A DNA stretch of 64,000 nt, from NCBI GenBank assembly GCA_963841925.1, contig CAWJER010000005.1:34086-98085 (forward strand), read 5' to 3'. Within the stretch, counting starts at the first letter, position 1. Each line of letters starts with the position of its first letter. This document shows, one piece after another, positions 1-11,419 of the stretch. Position numbers and translations under genes: made by a program. The notes under the pieces were generated by a model. That model did not search any database, was not told the DNA's origin, and saw nothing but the letters and a program-made list of their open reading frames with translations. This DNA comes from an uncultured Acidimicrobiales bacterium (GTDB taxonomy: Bacteria > Actinomycetota > Acidimicrobiia > Acidimicrobiales > RAAP-2).

Positions 1-387
1 GCACGGGGACCGCTGCGTGAGCTCGGGCCCGACCCCGACACGGGTCTGGCCATGGTGGTCAAGGACGGGCGGTTCGGCCCCTACGTGACCGACGGCACCA
101 CCAACGCCTCGCTCCGGGTGGGCGACGACGTGGAGGGACTCACCGTCGAGCGGGCGGCGGAGCTTCTGGCGGAGCGTCGGGCTGCGGGTCCGGCCAAGAA
201 GAAGGCGACCAAGAAGAAGGCGCCGGCCAAGAAGAAGGCGGCGAAGAAGCGGGCGCCGGCCAAGAAGGCGGCCGGTACGAAGAAGGCCGCCACGCCGGCG
301 TCCGCCGGGGCCGCGAAGGCGGCGGCGGTGAAGGCGGCGGCATCGCCGATCGTGCCCGCGGTGCCGATCGCCGGTAACGACGGGTGA
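1..387 (+). CDS. topA: DNA topoisomerase I, C-terminal end (5' partial; continues upstream of the window)
   Basis: Frame 1 is open from nt 1 (ARGPLRELGPDPDTGLAMVVKDGRFGPYVTDG...). It ends in a Lys/Ala-rich basic tail (KKKATKKKAPAKKKAAKKRAPAKK), as in actinobacterial TopA. The topA-tmk-holB order is conserved. Confidence 0.85.
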   Translation, partial: ARGPLRELGPDPDTGLAMVVKDGRFGPYVTDGTTNASLRVGDDVEGLTVERAAELLAERRAAGPAKKKATKKKAPAKKKAAKKRAPAKKAAGTKKAATPASAGAAKAAAVKAAASPIVPAVPIAGNDG

Positions 388-1021
388 CCACGACCCGGGG
401 CCGGCTGATCGCCCTCGAGGGGATCGACGGGTGCGGCAAGTCCACCCAGGTCCGGATCCTGGCCGAACGGCTCGGCGCCGTGTCCACCTTCGAGCCGGGG
501 GCGACCCCCTGGGTGCCGCGCTCCGTGCCCTCCTCCTCGACGGGGGTCAGGCGCCCGTGACCACGCGGGCCGAGGCACTGCTCATGGCCGCCGATCGGGC
601 CCAGCACGTGGCCGAGGTGATCGAGCCCGCTCTCGTCGCCGGCCGGTGGGTGGTCACCGACCGGTACTCGGCGTCGACCCTCGCCTACCAGGGCTTCGGC
701 CGCGGACTCGACCGTGGTGAGCTCGAGTTCCTGGTCACCTGGGCGACGGCCGGCCTCCGACCCGACCTGACCGTGCTGTTGGACCTGCCTGTGGCGGTCG
801 CCGCCGGTCGTCGCCACGGAGGGGTATCCGACCGGATGGAGTCCGAGACCGGCGATTTCCACCGGCGGGTGGCCGGCGGGTTCCGTGCCCTCGCCGCCGA
901 CGGTGCGGACCCGTGGCTGGTCGTGGACGCCACCGGGGGGATCGAGTCCGTCGCCGGATCGATCTGGGACGCCGTCGTGCTGCTGGACGGGCCGGACGGT
1001 CCCCCCGAGGGATCACGGTGA
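384..1021 (+). pseudogene. tmk: Thymidylate kinase, interrupted by one frameshift in this assembly
   Basis: The GTG at 384 overlaps the topA stop (GTGA). The N-terminus VTTTRGRLIALEGIDGCGKSTQ (P-loop) is in frame 3 and stops near 558. The rest (LGAALRALLLDG...DRYSASTLAYQGFGRG) is in frame 2 (ORF 431..1021). The frames join as FEPGATP|LGAALR if one C is added to the C5 run at 505-509. Confidence 0.85.
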
Positions 1022-2124
1022 CCGTCGCCACCGGTCCGTCGCCGACCCTGTTCGACGGGGTCGTGGGGCAGGAGCGGGCCGTGTCCCGACTGATGGACGC
1101 GGCCCGCCATCCGGTCCACGCCTACCTCTTGTGGGGACCACCGGGAAGCGGCAAACGGGCGGCGGCGCGGGGTCTGGCCGCAGCGCTGCTCTGCCCCGAC
1201 GGTGGCTGCGGGGTGTGCAACTCGTGTCGGCGGGCTCTGGCGGGCACCCATCCCGATCTCGTCACGGTGGAGCGGACGGGCGCCGCCCTCGACGTCGACG
1301 ACGCCCGGGAGATCACCGCCCGCGCCCAACGCCGCCCGCTGGAGTCGTCTCGGCAGGTGCTTCTCGTGCCCGACATCCACCTGGCCTCCAGGGCGGCGCC
1401 CGCCCTGCTGAAGACCGTCGAGGAACCGCCGCCTTCGACCGTGTTCGTGCTCCTGGCCGATGACCTGCCGCCGGGACTCGCCACCATCGTGAGCCGTTGC
1501 GTCCAGGTCCCCTTCGTGGCCGTGGCGCCACGGGTGGTGGAGGAGTGGCTCGTGGGCCGGGGGGTGGCGGGTGACGTGGCCGCCACCGTGGCCGCGGCAT
1601 CGGGCGGGAACCTCGATCGGGCGCGGCTGCTGGCCGACGACCCCGGGTTCGACGAGCGCCGCCGGCAGTGGCGTTCGGCCCCGGCGCGCCTCGACGGCAC
1701 CGGTGCGACGGCCGTCACGGTGGCCGACGGCCTGCTGGCGCTGGCCGACGGTGCCCTCGCCCCGCTGCGCGAGCGCTATGTCCGGGAGCTGGCCGGACTG
1801 GAGGAGCAGGCCGAGGCGGTCGGGGCACGCGGCGTCCCCGGTCGCAAGGCCGTCGAGGACCGCCACAAGCGTGAGGAGCGCAGGTGGCGGACCGACGACC
1901 TGCGGATGGGGCTGGCCGCGCTGGCCGACGCCTACCGGGACCGCCTGGTGGCCACGGTGGAAGGTGACGCCCGGCCGGGAACGCCGGGGGTCGATGCCGA
2001 CCGGCGGGCGGCGGCCGGGCACGTGGACGCCGTCGGGCGGGCCTCGGCCGCACTGACTCGCAATGTGCGGGAGGACCTCCTGGTGGAGTCCCTCATGGTG
2101 GAGCTGTCGGGATTGCTCGAGTGA
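1018..2124 (+). CDS. holB: DNA polymerase III subunit delta'
   Basis: The GTG at 1018 overlaps the tmk stop. Motifs: AYLLWGPPGSGKRAAA (Walker A), CGVCNSCRR (zinc module), LLKTVEEPP. The upstream part of ORF 913..2124 is Arg-rich filler. Confidence 0.85.
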   Translation: MTVATGPSPTLFDGVVGQERAVSRLMDAARHPVHAYLLWGPPGSGKRAAARGLAAALLCPDGGCGVCNSCRRALAGTHPDLVTVERTGAALDVDDAREITARAQRRPLESSRQVLLVPDIHLASRAAPALLKTVEEPPPSTVFVLLADDLPPGLATIVSRCVQVPFVAVAPRVVEEWLVGRGVAGDVAATVAAASGGNLDRARLLADDPGFDERRRQWRSAPARLDGTGATAVTVADGLLALADGALAPLRERYVRELAGLEEQAEAVGARGVPGRKAVEDRHKREERRWRTDDLRMGLAALADAYRDRLVATVEGDARPGTPGVDADRRAAAGHVDAVGRASAALTRNVREDLLVESLMVELSGLLE

Positions 2125-2187
2125 GCCCCGCAGCGGGTGAGCCCCGCCGCGGGTGAGCCCCGCCGCGTCGGATAGTTTGGTGACTTC

Positions 2188-2260
2188 GCCTGGGTAGCTC
2201 AGTCGGTAGAGCAACGCACTCGTAATGCGTAGGTCAGGAGTTCGATTCTCCTCCCAGGCT
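2188..2260 (+). tRNA. tRNA-Thr (anticodon CGT); an encoded CCA follows at 2261-2263
   Basis: Hand-folded cloverleaf: acceptor GCCTGGG/CCCAGGC, D arm GCTC-AGTCGGTA-GAGC, anticodon stem ACGCA/TGCGT with loop CTCGTAA, T arm AGGAG-TTCGATT-CTCCT, discriminator T. Confidence 0.9.
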
Positions 2261-2382
2261 CCACACGTTCCACGCTCCCGTGCCGGGAGCGTCCACCGGC
2301 GGAACTCATGGAGCCCGTGCCCGTACGTTTCAGACCGCGCCGACCCGGCTTCCGGTCGATCGTTGTGTGGTAAGAGAGTGCG

Positions 2383-3772
2383 GTGTCGTGGCGGGTTGCT
2401 CATCGAGGCTGTGGCTCCGGGCGCGACCTGAGCGTGCGTGGGGCTCCCAAACGGAGGTGGTCCCACCGGGCGCGGCTGGCGGCCGTCGTCGTGCCCCTGG
2501 CCGTGGCGGCGGGCTGCTCGAGCAGCCCCCAGGTGACGGCGTCGCCGACTCGGGGCGTCACCGGCGAGCAGGTCACCATCGGCGCCACCGCGCCGCTCAC
2601 CGGGCCGTTGTCGGGCGGGACGTCCGAGGTGGTCCACGCCGTCGGTGCCTATGTCGCCTATGTGGACGCCAAGGGCGGAGTGCACGGCCGGAAGATCGAC
2701 TACGACGCCAAGGACGACGGAGGTGATCCGTCGCGTGCGGCCGCCCTGACGACACAACTGGTGAACCAGCAGGGGATCTTCGCCGACGTCGGCCCTACCG
2801 GTCCGACCTCACTGGGTGCCGTGGCGTCCGTGCTGAACAAGGCCGGGGTCCCGGCGGTCTTCATGGGGAGCGGGTGCAGCTGCTGGAGCTCCCCGTCGCT
2901 GCCCTTGACGTTCGGGTGGCAGACCCCGGCGGTCGACGAGGGGAAGATCCTCGGCCAGTACCTGGTCCAGCACGACCCGGGTGCCCCGTTCGCCTACGTG
3001 TCCGGTACGGACCCGGCCGGCCAGGACGGCCTCGTCGGCCTGACGAGCGAACTCCCGCGCTCGCGGCTCGTGGTGCGACGGACGACACCGGCAGATCAGT
3101 TCGGTACTGCGCCCGAGGTGGTCGACGCCGTCCGCTCCCTGGAGTCGGCGGGTGCCCGGGTGGTCGTGCTGCACACGTCACCCACGGCCACCGCCCAGCT
3201 GATCATGGGTGCCGCCGCCCAGGGGTATCACCCGCAGTGGGCGCTGTTCTCCGACGCCGGCGATCCGACGTTGCTGAGCTCGCTGATGGCGTCGGATCCC
3301 CAGGGCCCGCAGCTGCTCGGCGGCATCGTGGCGACGGGGTTCCTGCCACCGGCCACCGATACGACGGACGCCTGGGTCTCGGCGTTCCGGTCCATCCTGG
3401 CCAAGGAGGACCCCGGCGCGCCATGGGACGGCGCCGCCGAGTACGGCATGGCCCTGGGCTACACGTTTGTCGAGGCGCTCGGGTCCGCCGGGCGCGACCT
3501 GACCCGGTCGGGCCTCGTCCAGGCCATCGAGCACCGGGGGGCCGGGTTCGCCGGACCGGGACTCGTCCCGCTCGACGTACACCGCCGTCGACCATCACGG
3601 GTACCAGGGAGCCCAGGTGGTCGTCTTCGATCCGGGCGGTGCATCGGTCACGCCGGCCACACCCGCACTGGCGATCACTACCGATGGCGCGATCGTGCCG
3701 ATCCGGTCCAGCCCCGCGTCTGCCGCCCGCAGGGCTGGGGGAGTGACACGGATGGACGGGCCGGCTCCGTGA
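2383..3772 (+). pseudogene. Branched-chain-amino-acid-type ABC transporter substrate-binding lipoprotein (LivK-like), one frameshift
   Basis: Signal peptide with lipobox (PLAVAAGCSSS) and a periplasmic-binding-protein-like body. After ...GPGLVPLD near 3571-3578 the frame-1 text turns Arg-rich. Frame 2 continues sensibly (YTAVDHHGYQGAQVVVFDPGGASVTPATPALAITTDGAIVPI...) to a TGA at 3770-3772. The start could instead be the GTG at 2434. Confidence 0.7.
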
Positions 3773-5133
3773 CGGCGGGTGATGACGGGGACCCACCGGG
3801 AGCGGGGCTCCCCGCCGATGCACCCGAGTGGTTGACCTGGTCCTCGCTACTGGCCGCGCTGGCTGCCGGCCTGACGGTCGCCGCGGCGTACCGTCGTGGT
3901 GCGTTCTACCCGGGCGACGCGTTGCCCGTGGCGGTCGCCTCGCTCGTGCTGATCGGCGCACGGCTGGTGGCCGGTGCCGACCGTCGGGCGGTGCTGACGG
4001 CGGTGTCGGTGGGCGCACTCGCCGGATGGTGGATGGCGACCGCCCTGATCCACCACCGCCCCGGCGCCTTCCTCCCCATGGGTGCCGGCATGCTCGGGTT
4101 CCTCGCCACGTTCCTGTCGTTTCGCGGCCTCGACCACCGCTACCGGCGGTCGGCCGCGGTCGGCCTCGCCCTACTGGGAGCCGTCGGCGCCGCGGTAGGG
4201 CTGGTGGCCGTGGCACTCCGCATCTATCCACAGTCCATCCCCGACCAGGGACTGTGGCGGGCAGCCACCACGCTCACCTACTCCAACGCGGCCGGCTGCA
4301 TGTTCGCCATCTCGATCCTCGTGGCGTTCGGCCTCGACCTCACGCCGCGTCCGCCGCGCGCCATGGTGTGCCTGCTGGCCGCAGCGCTGGTGGCCTCGGA
4401 GAGCAGGGGCGCGGTCCTCGCCTTCCTGGTGGTCCTCCCCATCGTCCCGCTGGTGAGCCTGAAGGCCGCCGTCCGTCCCGTGCTCCTCGGGACCGTCGCC
4501 GGGCTGCTCGAGGTGGCCACGTCCCGCGGCATGGCGCATCAGCCGCTCGTCCTGGCCCTCGTCGTCGTCCTGGTGGCCGTGGCCGCCGCCCTCCCACCGC
4601 GTTCCACCCCGCTCCGCCTCGACGGTTGGCGGGTGGCGGCCATCGCCGTGGCCGTGGCCGCCGCCGGCACCATCGTCGGCATCACCCTCCACGCACAGAT
4701 CGCCCTGCGCCTCCAGCCGGGCAGCAGTCTGGTGCGTACGCGCGAATGGACTGCGGCACTGGACCAGTGGCGGACGTCCCCGGTGACCGGCGTAGGACCG
4801 GACGTGCTCCTCCATCTGCAGGGGCTCGGTCATGCCGTCGACCACTTCGCCCACGACGAGTACCTCCAGGTACTGGCCGGTGCCGGACTGGTCGGCCTCC
4901 TGTTCCTGGCCGCGTCCGGACTGTCGGTGGTCAACGCCATCCGGAGGGTCGACGTCGCCACGTCCTGCGCCGCGGCCGCAGTGGCCGCCTTCGCCGTGGC
5001 GTCCGGGCTCGACTTCGACTGGCACCTGCCGGCGCTGGCGCTGATGGCCGGGTGGGCGGCCGGTCTGGGGGGCGAGGGCCGCCGCGCCGAGGCGGCCGCG
5101 GGGCGCGGCGCAGTGGTCGCCGCGCAACGCTGA
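3769..5133 (+). CDS. O-antigen ligase / Wzy_C-family polytopic membrane protein
   Basis: The GTG at 3769 overlaps the corrected stop of the binding protein (GTGA). The protein has many hydrophobic helices and a Wzy_C-like block (HFAHDEYLQVLAGAGLVGLLFLAASGL). This is the C-terminal half of track ORF 2383..5133. Confidence 0.65.
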   Translation: MTAGDDGDPPGAGLPADAPEWLTWSSLLAALAAGLTVAAAYRRGAFYPGDALPVAVASLVLIGARLVAGADRRAVLTAVSVGALAGWWMATALIHHRPGAFLPMGAGMLGFLATFLSFRGLDHRYRRSAAVGLALLGAVGAAVGLVAVALRIYPQSIPDQGLWRAATTLTYSNAAGCMFAISILVAFGLDLTPRPPRAMVCLLAAALVASESRGAVLAFLVVLPIVPLVSLKAAVRPVLLGTVAGLLEVATSRGMAHQPLVLALVVVLVAVAAALPPRSTPLRLDGWRVAAIAVAVAAAGTIVGITLHAQIALRLQPGSSLVRTREWTAALDQWRTSPVTGVGPDVLLHLQGLGHAVDHFAHDEYLQVLAGAGLVGLLFLAASGLSVVNAIRRVDVATSCAAAAVAAFAVASGLDFDWHLPALALMAGWAAGLGGEGRRAEAAAGRGAVVAAQR

Positions 5134-5595
5134 CACTCGCCGGGCGTACGGAAGTCGTCACGCGTCGACGTCGCGCGCGTCGGCGCCACGTGGCGCGTCG
5201 TCACGCTCGGTGAGGGCTCCGCTGCGTCGCGAAATCTCCCGGGCAGCATCCGGAACTCTGTGCTAAAACCTGCGATCGGCGGGATCAGCGGAAGGCGGAA
5301 GTCCAGTCCGAACTGACCCCGGATGCGGCAGTCAGTCAATCGGTACTCGAACACAGGCGGTGCGACGGTGCGGTTCAATTCTTCCTCGGGTTCGTTCGTC
5401 GGCAAGAGGCTGTTCCTCGTGGTGGCCCTCGGTGCGGCGGTAGCATTCACCCTGCTGCTGACGTTCCTCAGCCAGGCGTTCGGAACCGCCGGTACGGCCG
5501 CAGGTGATGCGGTGGGCAACTACAGCCCGGTCGGGAACTGCCAGGCGGTCGGGACCTACAGCTCGATCAACGGATGCGTCACACCCCTGTCCAAG

Positions 5596-8500
5596 GCCGG
5601 CTCCATCTCGGGGACGGTGACCAACAGCTCGGCAGCGGCGGTTCCGGGCATCTGCGTCTACCTCTACCAGGGCGGCGGCCCCCAGCAGTACTCGGTGGAG
5701 GCCACCACCGCCCAGGACGGCACCTACGCCATCAACGGCCTTCCGGCGGGGAGCTTCAACGTCGAGTTCGTGCCCGGGTGCGGGAGCTCCGGGTCGTATG
5801 CGCCCCAGTGGTACTCCGGAGCGCCTTCCGGAGCGCCGTCCGAGGCGTTGTCGACACCCGTGGTGGTGACGGTGGGCAGGACCGATCGCGGCATCGGCAC
5901 CCAGCTGCAGGCGGGTGGAGGGATCAGCGGAACGGTCACCGATGGGTCCAGCAACCTGCTGTCGGGGATCTGCGTCTCGGTGTACACGGCCGGCACCACG
6001 AACCTGGTGACGACGGCGACGACCGCGTCCGACGGCACCTACGTGGCGGACAACCTGGGCGCCGGCTCCTACGACGTGGAGTTCGCCCCGGGCTGCGGCT
6101 CCGCCCCCGGATTCGCCACCCAGTGGTACGACAACGTGACGACCCAGTCGGCCTCCACCGCCGTGAGCGTCACCGCCGGCAGTACCCATACCGGCGTCAA
6201 CGATGCCTTGGCGCCTCCCGGCCGGATCTCCGGGAAGGTGACCGACGCCAAGTCGAACCCGCTGCAGGGCGTGTACGTGTACGCCTACCCGAAGGTGCAG
6301 GGGTCGGGCGGGGTGGAGTCGGCCTACACGGCGGCGGACGGGACCTACACCGTCCCCGACGTGTCGCCCGGCAGCTACGTGGTCGAGTTCTACTACTACT
6401 CCACCGCTGGCTACGACACCCAGTGGTACGACAACGTCGCCACGGAGGCGGCCGCAACGGCCGTGACCGTGACGTCCAACGCCACCACCACCGGCATCAA
6501 TGACGCCATGTCCGGGGCGTCGGGGACCTCCACGGTCTCGGGCACCGTCACCGGACCCGGGTCTACCCCGCTGAGCCAGGTCTGCGTGTTCGCGTACCCG
6601 ACCGGGTCCACCGTCGTGTCGGGTTCCACCTCCACCGCCAGCGACGGGACCTACACGCTGTACCTGTCGGCGGGCTCGTACGACGTCGAGTTCAGCACCA
6701 CCCTCGATACGAACGAAGGTTGCGGCATTACCTCGGGGAACTACGCCTCCCAGTGGTACCAGAACGCGTCGAGCCAGTCGACGGCGACCGCCGTCACGGT
6801 GACCGGCGGCACGCCGGTCACCGGGGTCAACGACCAGCTCGCGTCCGGTGGCACGATCACCGGGACGGTGACCGCCTCGGGCGCGCCGCTCGGCGGGGTC
6901 TGTGTCAACGCCTACCTCGGGGCATCGTCGGTGCAGTCGGCGAGCACGACCACGGCTCCCAACGGCACCTACTCGCTGGTAGGCCTGGCGGCCGGGAGCT
7001 ACGACGTCCAGTTCGTGGGGAGCTGCTCGGTCTCCGGCAGCTATGCCACGCAGTGGTACGACAACGTGACCGCCCGTGCGTCCGCCACTGCGGTGACGGT
7101 CACGGCAGGGGGAACGTCGCCCGGCGTCAACGACGCCCTGGCCGCGGTGGCCTCGGGTTCGGTGAGCGGTACCGTGACCGACCCGTCGGGCAACCCCGTC
7201 CCCGGCATCTGCGTCGACGCCTACCCCCAGGGGAGCACCAGCCCCGTCACCTCGACCACCACGGGCTCGGACGGCACGTACGTGCTGGCCCACCTGGCCC
7301 CCAGGGCCTACAACCTGTACTTCGACACCTCGTGCGACTTCTCCAACCTCTTCGTGTCGCAGTGGGGAGGCGGCGGCTCGACCCAGGCCGGTGCCACCGT
7401 CGTCACCGTCACCTCGGGCGGCTCGGTGACCGGGCAGAACGCCACCCTCGTGCCCCTGACCACGGGGGGGATCTCCGGCACCGTCACCAGTACGTCCGAT
7501 GTCGGCGTGGGCAACGTGTGCGCCGAGGTGTTCGCAGCCGGGACGAGCAACTTCGTGAGCTCGACACCCACCGCATCTGACGGGTGGTACTCGGTCATCA
7601 ACCTCCCCGCGGGGAGCTACGACGTCGAGTTCGCCAGCTGCACCTCGCTCTCGCCATATCTGGTGCAGTGGTACTCAGGTGCCACCACGCAGGGGGCCAG
7701 TACGGCCGTCACCGTCCTGTCGGGCCGGACAACCACCGGCATCAACGCCACCCTCACCCCCACCACGGGCTCGATCTCGGGGACGGTGACCGACGCCTCC
7801 TCGAGTCCGCTGGGTGACGTGTGCGTCGACGCATTCGCCCACGGATCGCAGTCCCTGGTGGCCGAGGCCACGTCGGACCCGACGACCGGCGCGTACACGC
7901 TGGCGGGGCTGCCCGTCGGCAGCTACGACATCGAGTTCTCGGGCACCTACTGCGGTGCCTACGGCTATGCCACCCAGTGGTACAACGGTGTGGCGTCCCA
8001 GACGTCGGCGACGGCGGTGGCGGTGACCCTCAACGGGACGACCACGGGCATCAACGCCAAGTTGGCCAGCACCGTGGGCACCATCTCCGGAACTGTGCTC
8101 AACGGGTCCGCGGAGGGTGTCTCGTACGTCTGCGTCTCCGCCAACCAGGGGAGCACCCAGGTGTCCTCCACCTACACGGGGACGGACGGGTCCTACTCGC
8201 TCGAGGACCTGGCGCCCGGCAGCTACACGGTGGAGTTCGTCTACGGCTGCGGGTCCGCATCCACGGTCCCCGTCCAGTGGTACAAGGGCGCTTCCACCCA
8301 GTCGGCGGCGACGCCGGTCGCCGTGACCGTAGGTCACACGACCTCGGGGATCGGGGCCACCCTGACCGGTGCCCCCGGGAACCCGTTGGGGGCGATCTCC
8401 GGTACGGTCACCGACGCCTCGAGCCAGCCGATCGCCGGCATCTGCGTCGAGGCCGACGGGCCCGCCGGCACGTTCGAGGCCACGACCCAGTCGGACGGTA

Positions 8501-11405
8501 CCTACGACATCACGGGTCTCGACGCCGGTGCGTACAGCGTGTCGTTCTCCAGCGGGTGCGGGAGCACGGTGACCTACCTGGAGCAGTGGTACGCGGACGC
8601 CACGACCCAGGCGGCGGCCACGCTGGTGACCGTCCCGGCCAACACACCCGTCCCCGGGATCAACGCCACCCTGCAGCAGGCCGGAGCCATCACGGGGGTG
8701 GTCACCGACACCACGACGCTCCCGATCGCCGGCATCTGCGTGACCGCGTACGGCGGCGGGCAGTCGGCGGACGCGGTGACGGCCGCCGACGGGACGTACA
8801 CCATCACCGGGCTGAACCCCGGCTCGTACAAGGTGAGCTTCTCGGCGGGCTGCGGGAGCCTGGCCAGCTACCAGCCCATCTGGTTCGGCGGGGCGGCGAC
8901 GGAGTCGGCGTCGACCTCGGTGACGGTCACTGGCGGTGTCACGACGCCGGCCATCGAGCGCGGCCCTGGCGGCGTCGTCGTCGACGGCCACCGTCTCCGG
9001 CACCGTGAAGGACACGACGTCCGCCGCCGTGTCCGGGTTCTGTGTCGACGCCTATACCGGCGCCAGCCTCGTGGCCTCCACCAGCACAGCGTCCGACGGC
9101 ACGTACTCGTTCACCGGCCTCGCTCCGGGGGTCTACCAGCTGGACTTCTCCTCGGGCTGCAGTGCCCCGGGCGTCGACGTCGGGCAGTGGTACCAGGGGG
9201 CCGCCACCCAGAGCGCGGCCACGCCGGTGACGGCGGGGGGCGGCGCCACGGTGACCGGCATTAACGCCACCCTGCAGATCACCGGGACCATCTCGGGGAC
9301 CGTGAAGGACTCGACGTCGGCCCCGATCTCGGGGGTCTGCGTCGACGCCTACTCGGCCGGCACCTACGTGGACGGCACGTCCACGCTGTCCGACGGCACG
9401 TACTCGATCCCTGGTCTCACCCCCGGCACCTACACGGTGGACTTCACCGCCGACTGCGGCACCACGACCAGCTACCTCGAACAGTGGTACAACGGCGCGT
9501 CGACGGCCTCCTCGGCGACCCCGGTGGTCCTGGCGTCGGGCGGGACGGCGGCGGCGATCAACGCCACCATGTCGACCGGCGGCAGCATCTCGGGGACCGT
9601 GAAGGACTCGACCTCGGCGCCGATCTCGGGGATCTCCGCGGATGCCTACGACGGCTACAGCTACGTGGGGTCGGCGGTCACGCAGTCGAATGGCACCTAC
9701 ACCATCACCGGGCTCGCTGCCGGGAGCTACACCGTGGAGTTCTACGGCTGCGGCACCACGGGCAGCTACGTGTTGCAGTGGTACCAGGGGGCGGCGGGCC
9801 AGAGCACGGCCACCTCGGTGGCGGTCGCCAACAACCAGGCGGTGACCGGGATCAACGCCACCATGCAGGGCGCGGGCACCATCTCGGGCACCGTCACCAA
9901 CCAGCCGGCCACGGGCTCGATCGTGTCCGTGTACCAGGGTGGCACCTACGTCACGGAAGTCGAACCTCTGGCGGCCGGCACCTACTCCATCACCGGCCTC
10001 ATGCCCGGCTCGTACACCGTCGAGTTCTCCGCCTCGGGCTCCGTGACGCAGTGGTACAACGGCGTCTCCACCGAGGCAGCGGCAACGCCCCTGACCGTCG
10101 GGGCGGGCCAGACCGTGTCCGGCATCAACGCCACCCTGCAGAACGACGGTCAGATCTCGGGGACGGTGACCGACGTGTCGTCCGACCCGGTCAACGGGGC
10201 GTGCGTGTACGTCTACCAGGCCGGGACGTTCGTCACGTCGACGACCTCGGGCGTGGGCGGCACCTACGACGCCACCGTCCCCCCCGGTGCCTACACGGTG
10301 GAGTTTGCCAGCGGCTGCGGCAACGGCACGAACTTGGCGTCGCAGTGGTACAACGGCGCCCAGTCGGAGGCGTCGGCGACCCCGGTGACGGTCACCGCCG
10401 GTCAGACATCGACGGGGATCAACGGGCAGCTGCTGCCCTTCGGCTCGATCACGGGCACGGCCCGATCGGTCTCGGGCACCCCATTGCCGGATATCTGCGT
10501 CCTGGCCCAGCCCGTCTCCAGCGGGACTCCCGGGTACTACGACACGACGACCGCCGCCGACGGCACCTATTCGCTGACCGATGTGCCCGCCGGCAGCTAC
10601 TACGTCGAGTTCGAGTGGTGCGGCTACACGACGCAGGGCTATCTGACCCAGTACTACGGGGACTCGCCGACCGCCCAGGCGTCGACGCCGGTCGTCGTGA
10701 CACCGGGTGCCGCCACCCCGTCGATCAACGCGTCCATGCTGACCGGGGGCTCGGTGTCGGGCACGGTCACGACGGGCACGACCCCGCTGCCCGACGTGTG
10801 CGTGTACGTCTTCAACGGCTCCACGCTCGTGACCTCGGCCTACACCGGTGACGACGGGACGTACACGACCTACGAGCAGCTGGCACCCGGCCAGTACCAG
10901 GTCGAGTTCGACCCGACGTGCTCCGCCTACGGTACCGGTGGGGCCCAGAGCCTCGTGCCCCAGTGGTACGGCGGGAGTGCGACCCAGTCCGCCTCGACGC
11001 CGATCACGGTGACGAACGGTCAGACGACCACCAGTGTCAACGCCCAGCTCGCCGTCCAGGCGGGTGACGGCGTGATCGCCGGCACGGTCACGAACGCCCT
11101 CGGCACCGGCAGCAGCGGTGTGTGCGTGGACGCCTACCCGTTGGGCCAGGGTCCGCCGGCCAAGCCGGTGGCCACCGGCGTAACCGGGAGCAACGGTGCC
11201 TACGCGCTGACGGACACGACGAACGGAACGACCAGTGCGGCGTTGCCGGCGGGGAGCTACCAGGTGGCCTTCGACCCGACGTGTGGTGGGAGCTTCGCCA
11301 ACGGGTTCCTCGAGCAGTGGTACAACGGCGCCACGTCCGAGTCGGGTGCGACCACCGTGGTGGTCGCCAGCGCCTCCACCGTGGGCAACATCAACGACGT
11401 GCTCC
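5596..11405 (+). repeat. 19 in-frame, diverged approx. 95-aa repeats (carboxypeptidase-regulatory-like / Cna-B-like fold)
   Basis: Recurring pattern: [GS]-I-S-G-T-V-T-D...G-[IV]-C-V-x-A-Y...DG-x-Y...L-x-x-G-S-Y-x-V-E-F...GC...Q-W-Y...A-T-x-V-x-V...G-I-N-A-x-L. I counted 19 copies by the ISGTV(T/K) anchor. Each copy has two conserved Cys. Confidence 0.75.
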
Positions 11406-11419
11406 AGTCGGGCTCGACC

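Noticed and set aside
685-2757. Very long antisense or off-frame ORFs in the track. Examples: 685..2757(-), 8939..12085(-), 13487..16987(-), 20397..24737(-), 26377..29079(-), 44996..47497(-), 50388..51917(-).
   Set aside because: Their translations are Arg/Gly/Pro/His-rich low-complexity text with no motifs. They lie opposite or out of frame to genes with clear family signatures. Stop-poor shadow frames are expected at this GC content.
2383-5133. The 916-aa ORF read as a natural fusion of a solute-binding protein and an O-antigen-ligase-like membrane protein.
   Set aside because: The junction (approx. 3578-3768) is Arg-rich nonsense in this frame. The adjacent frame gives a normal binding-protein C-terminus ending in a TGA that overlaps a GTG (GTGA) for the membrane protein. 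This is two genes plus a frameshift.
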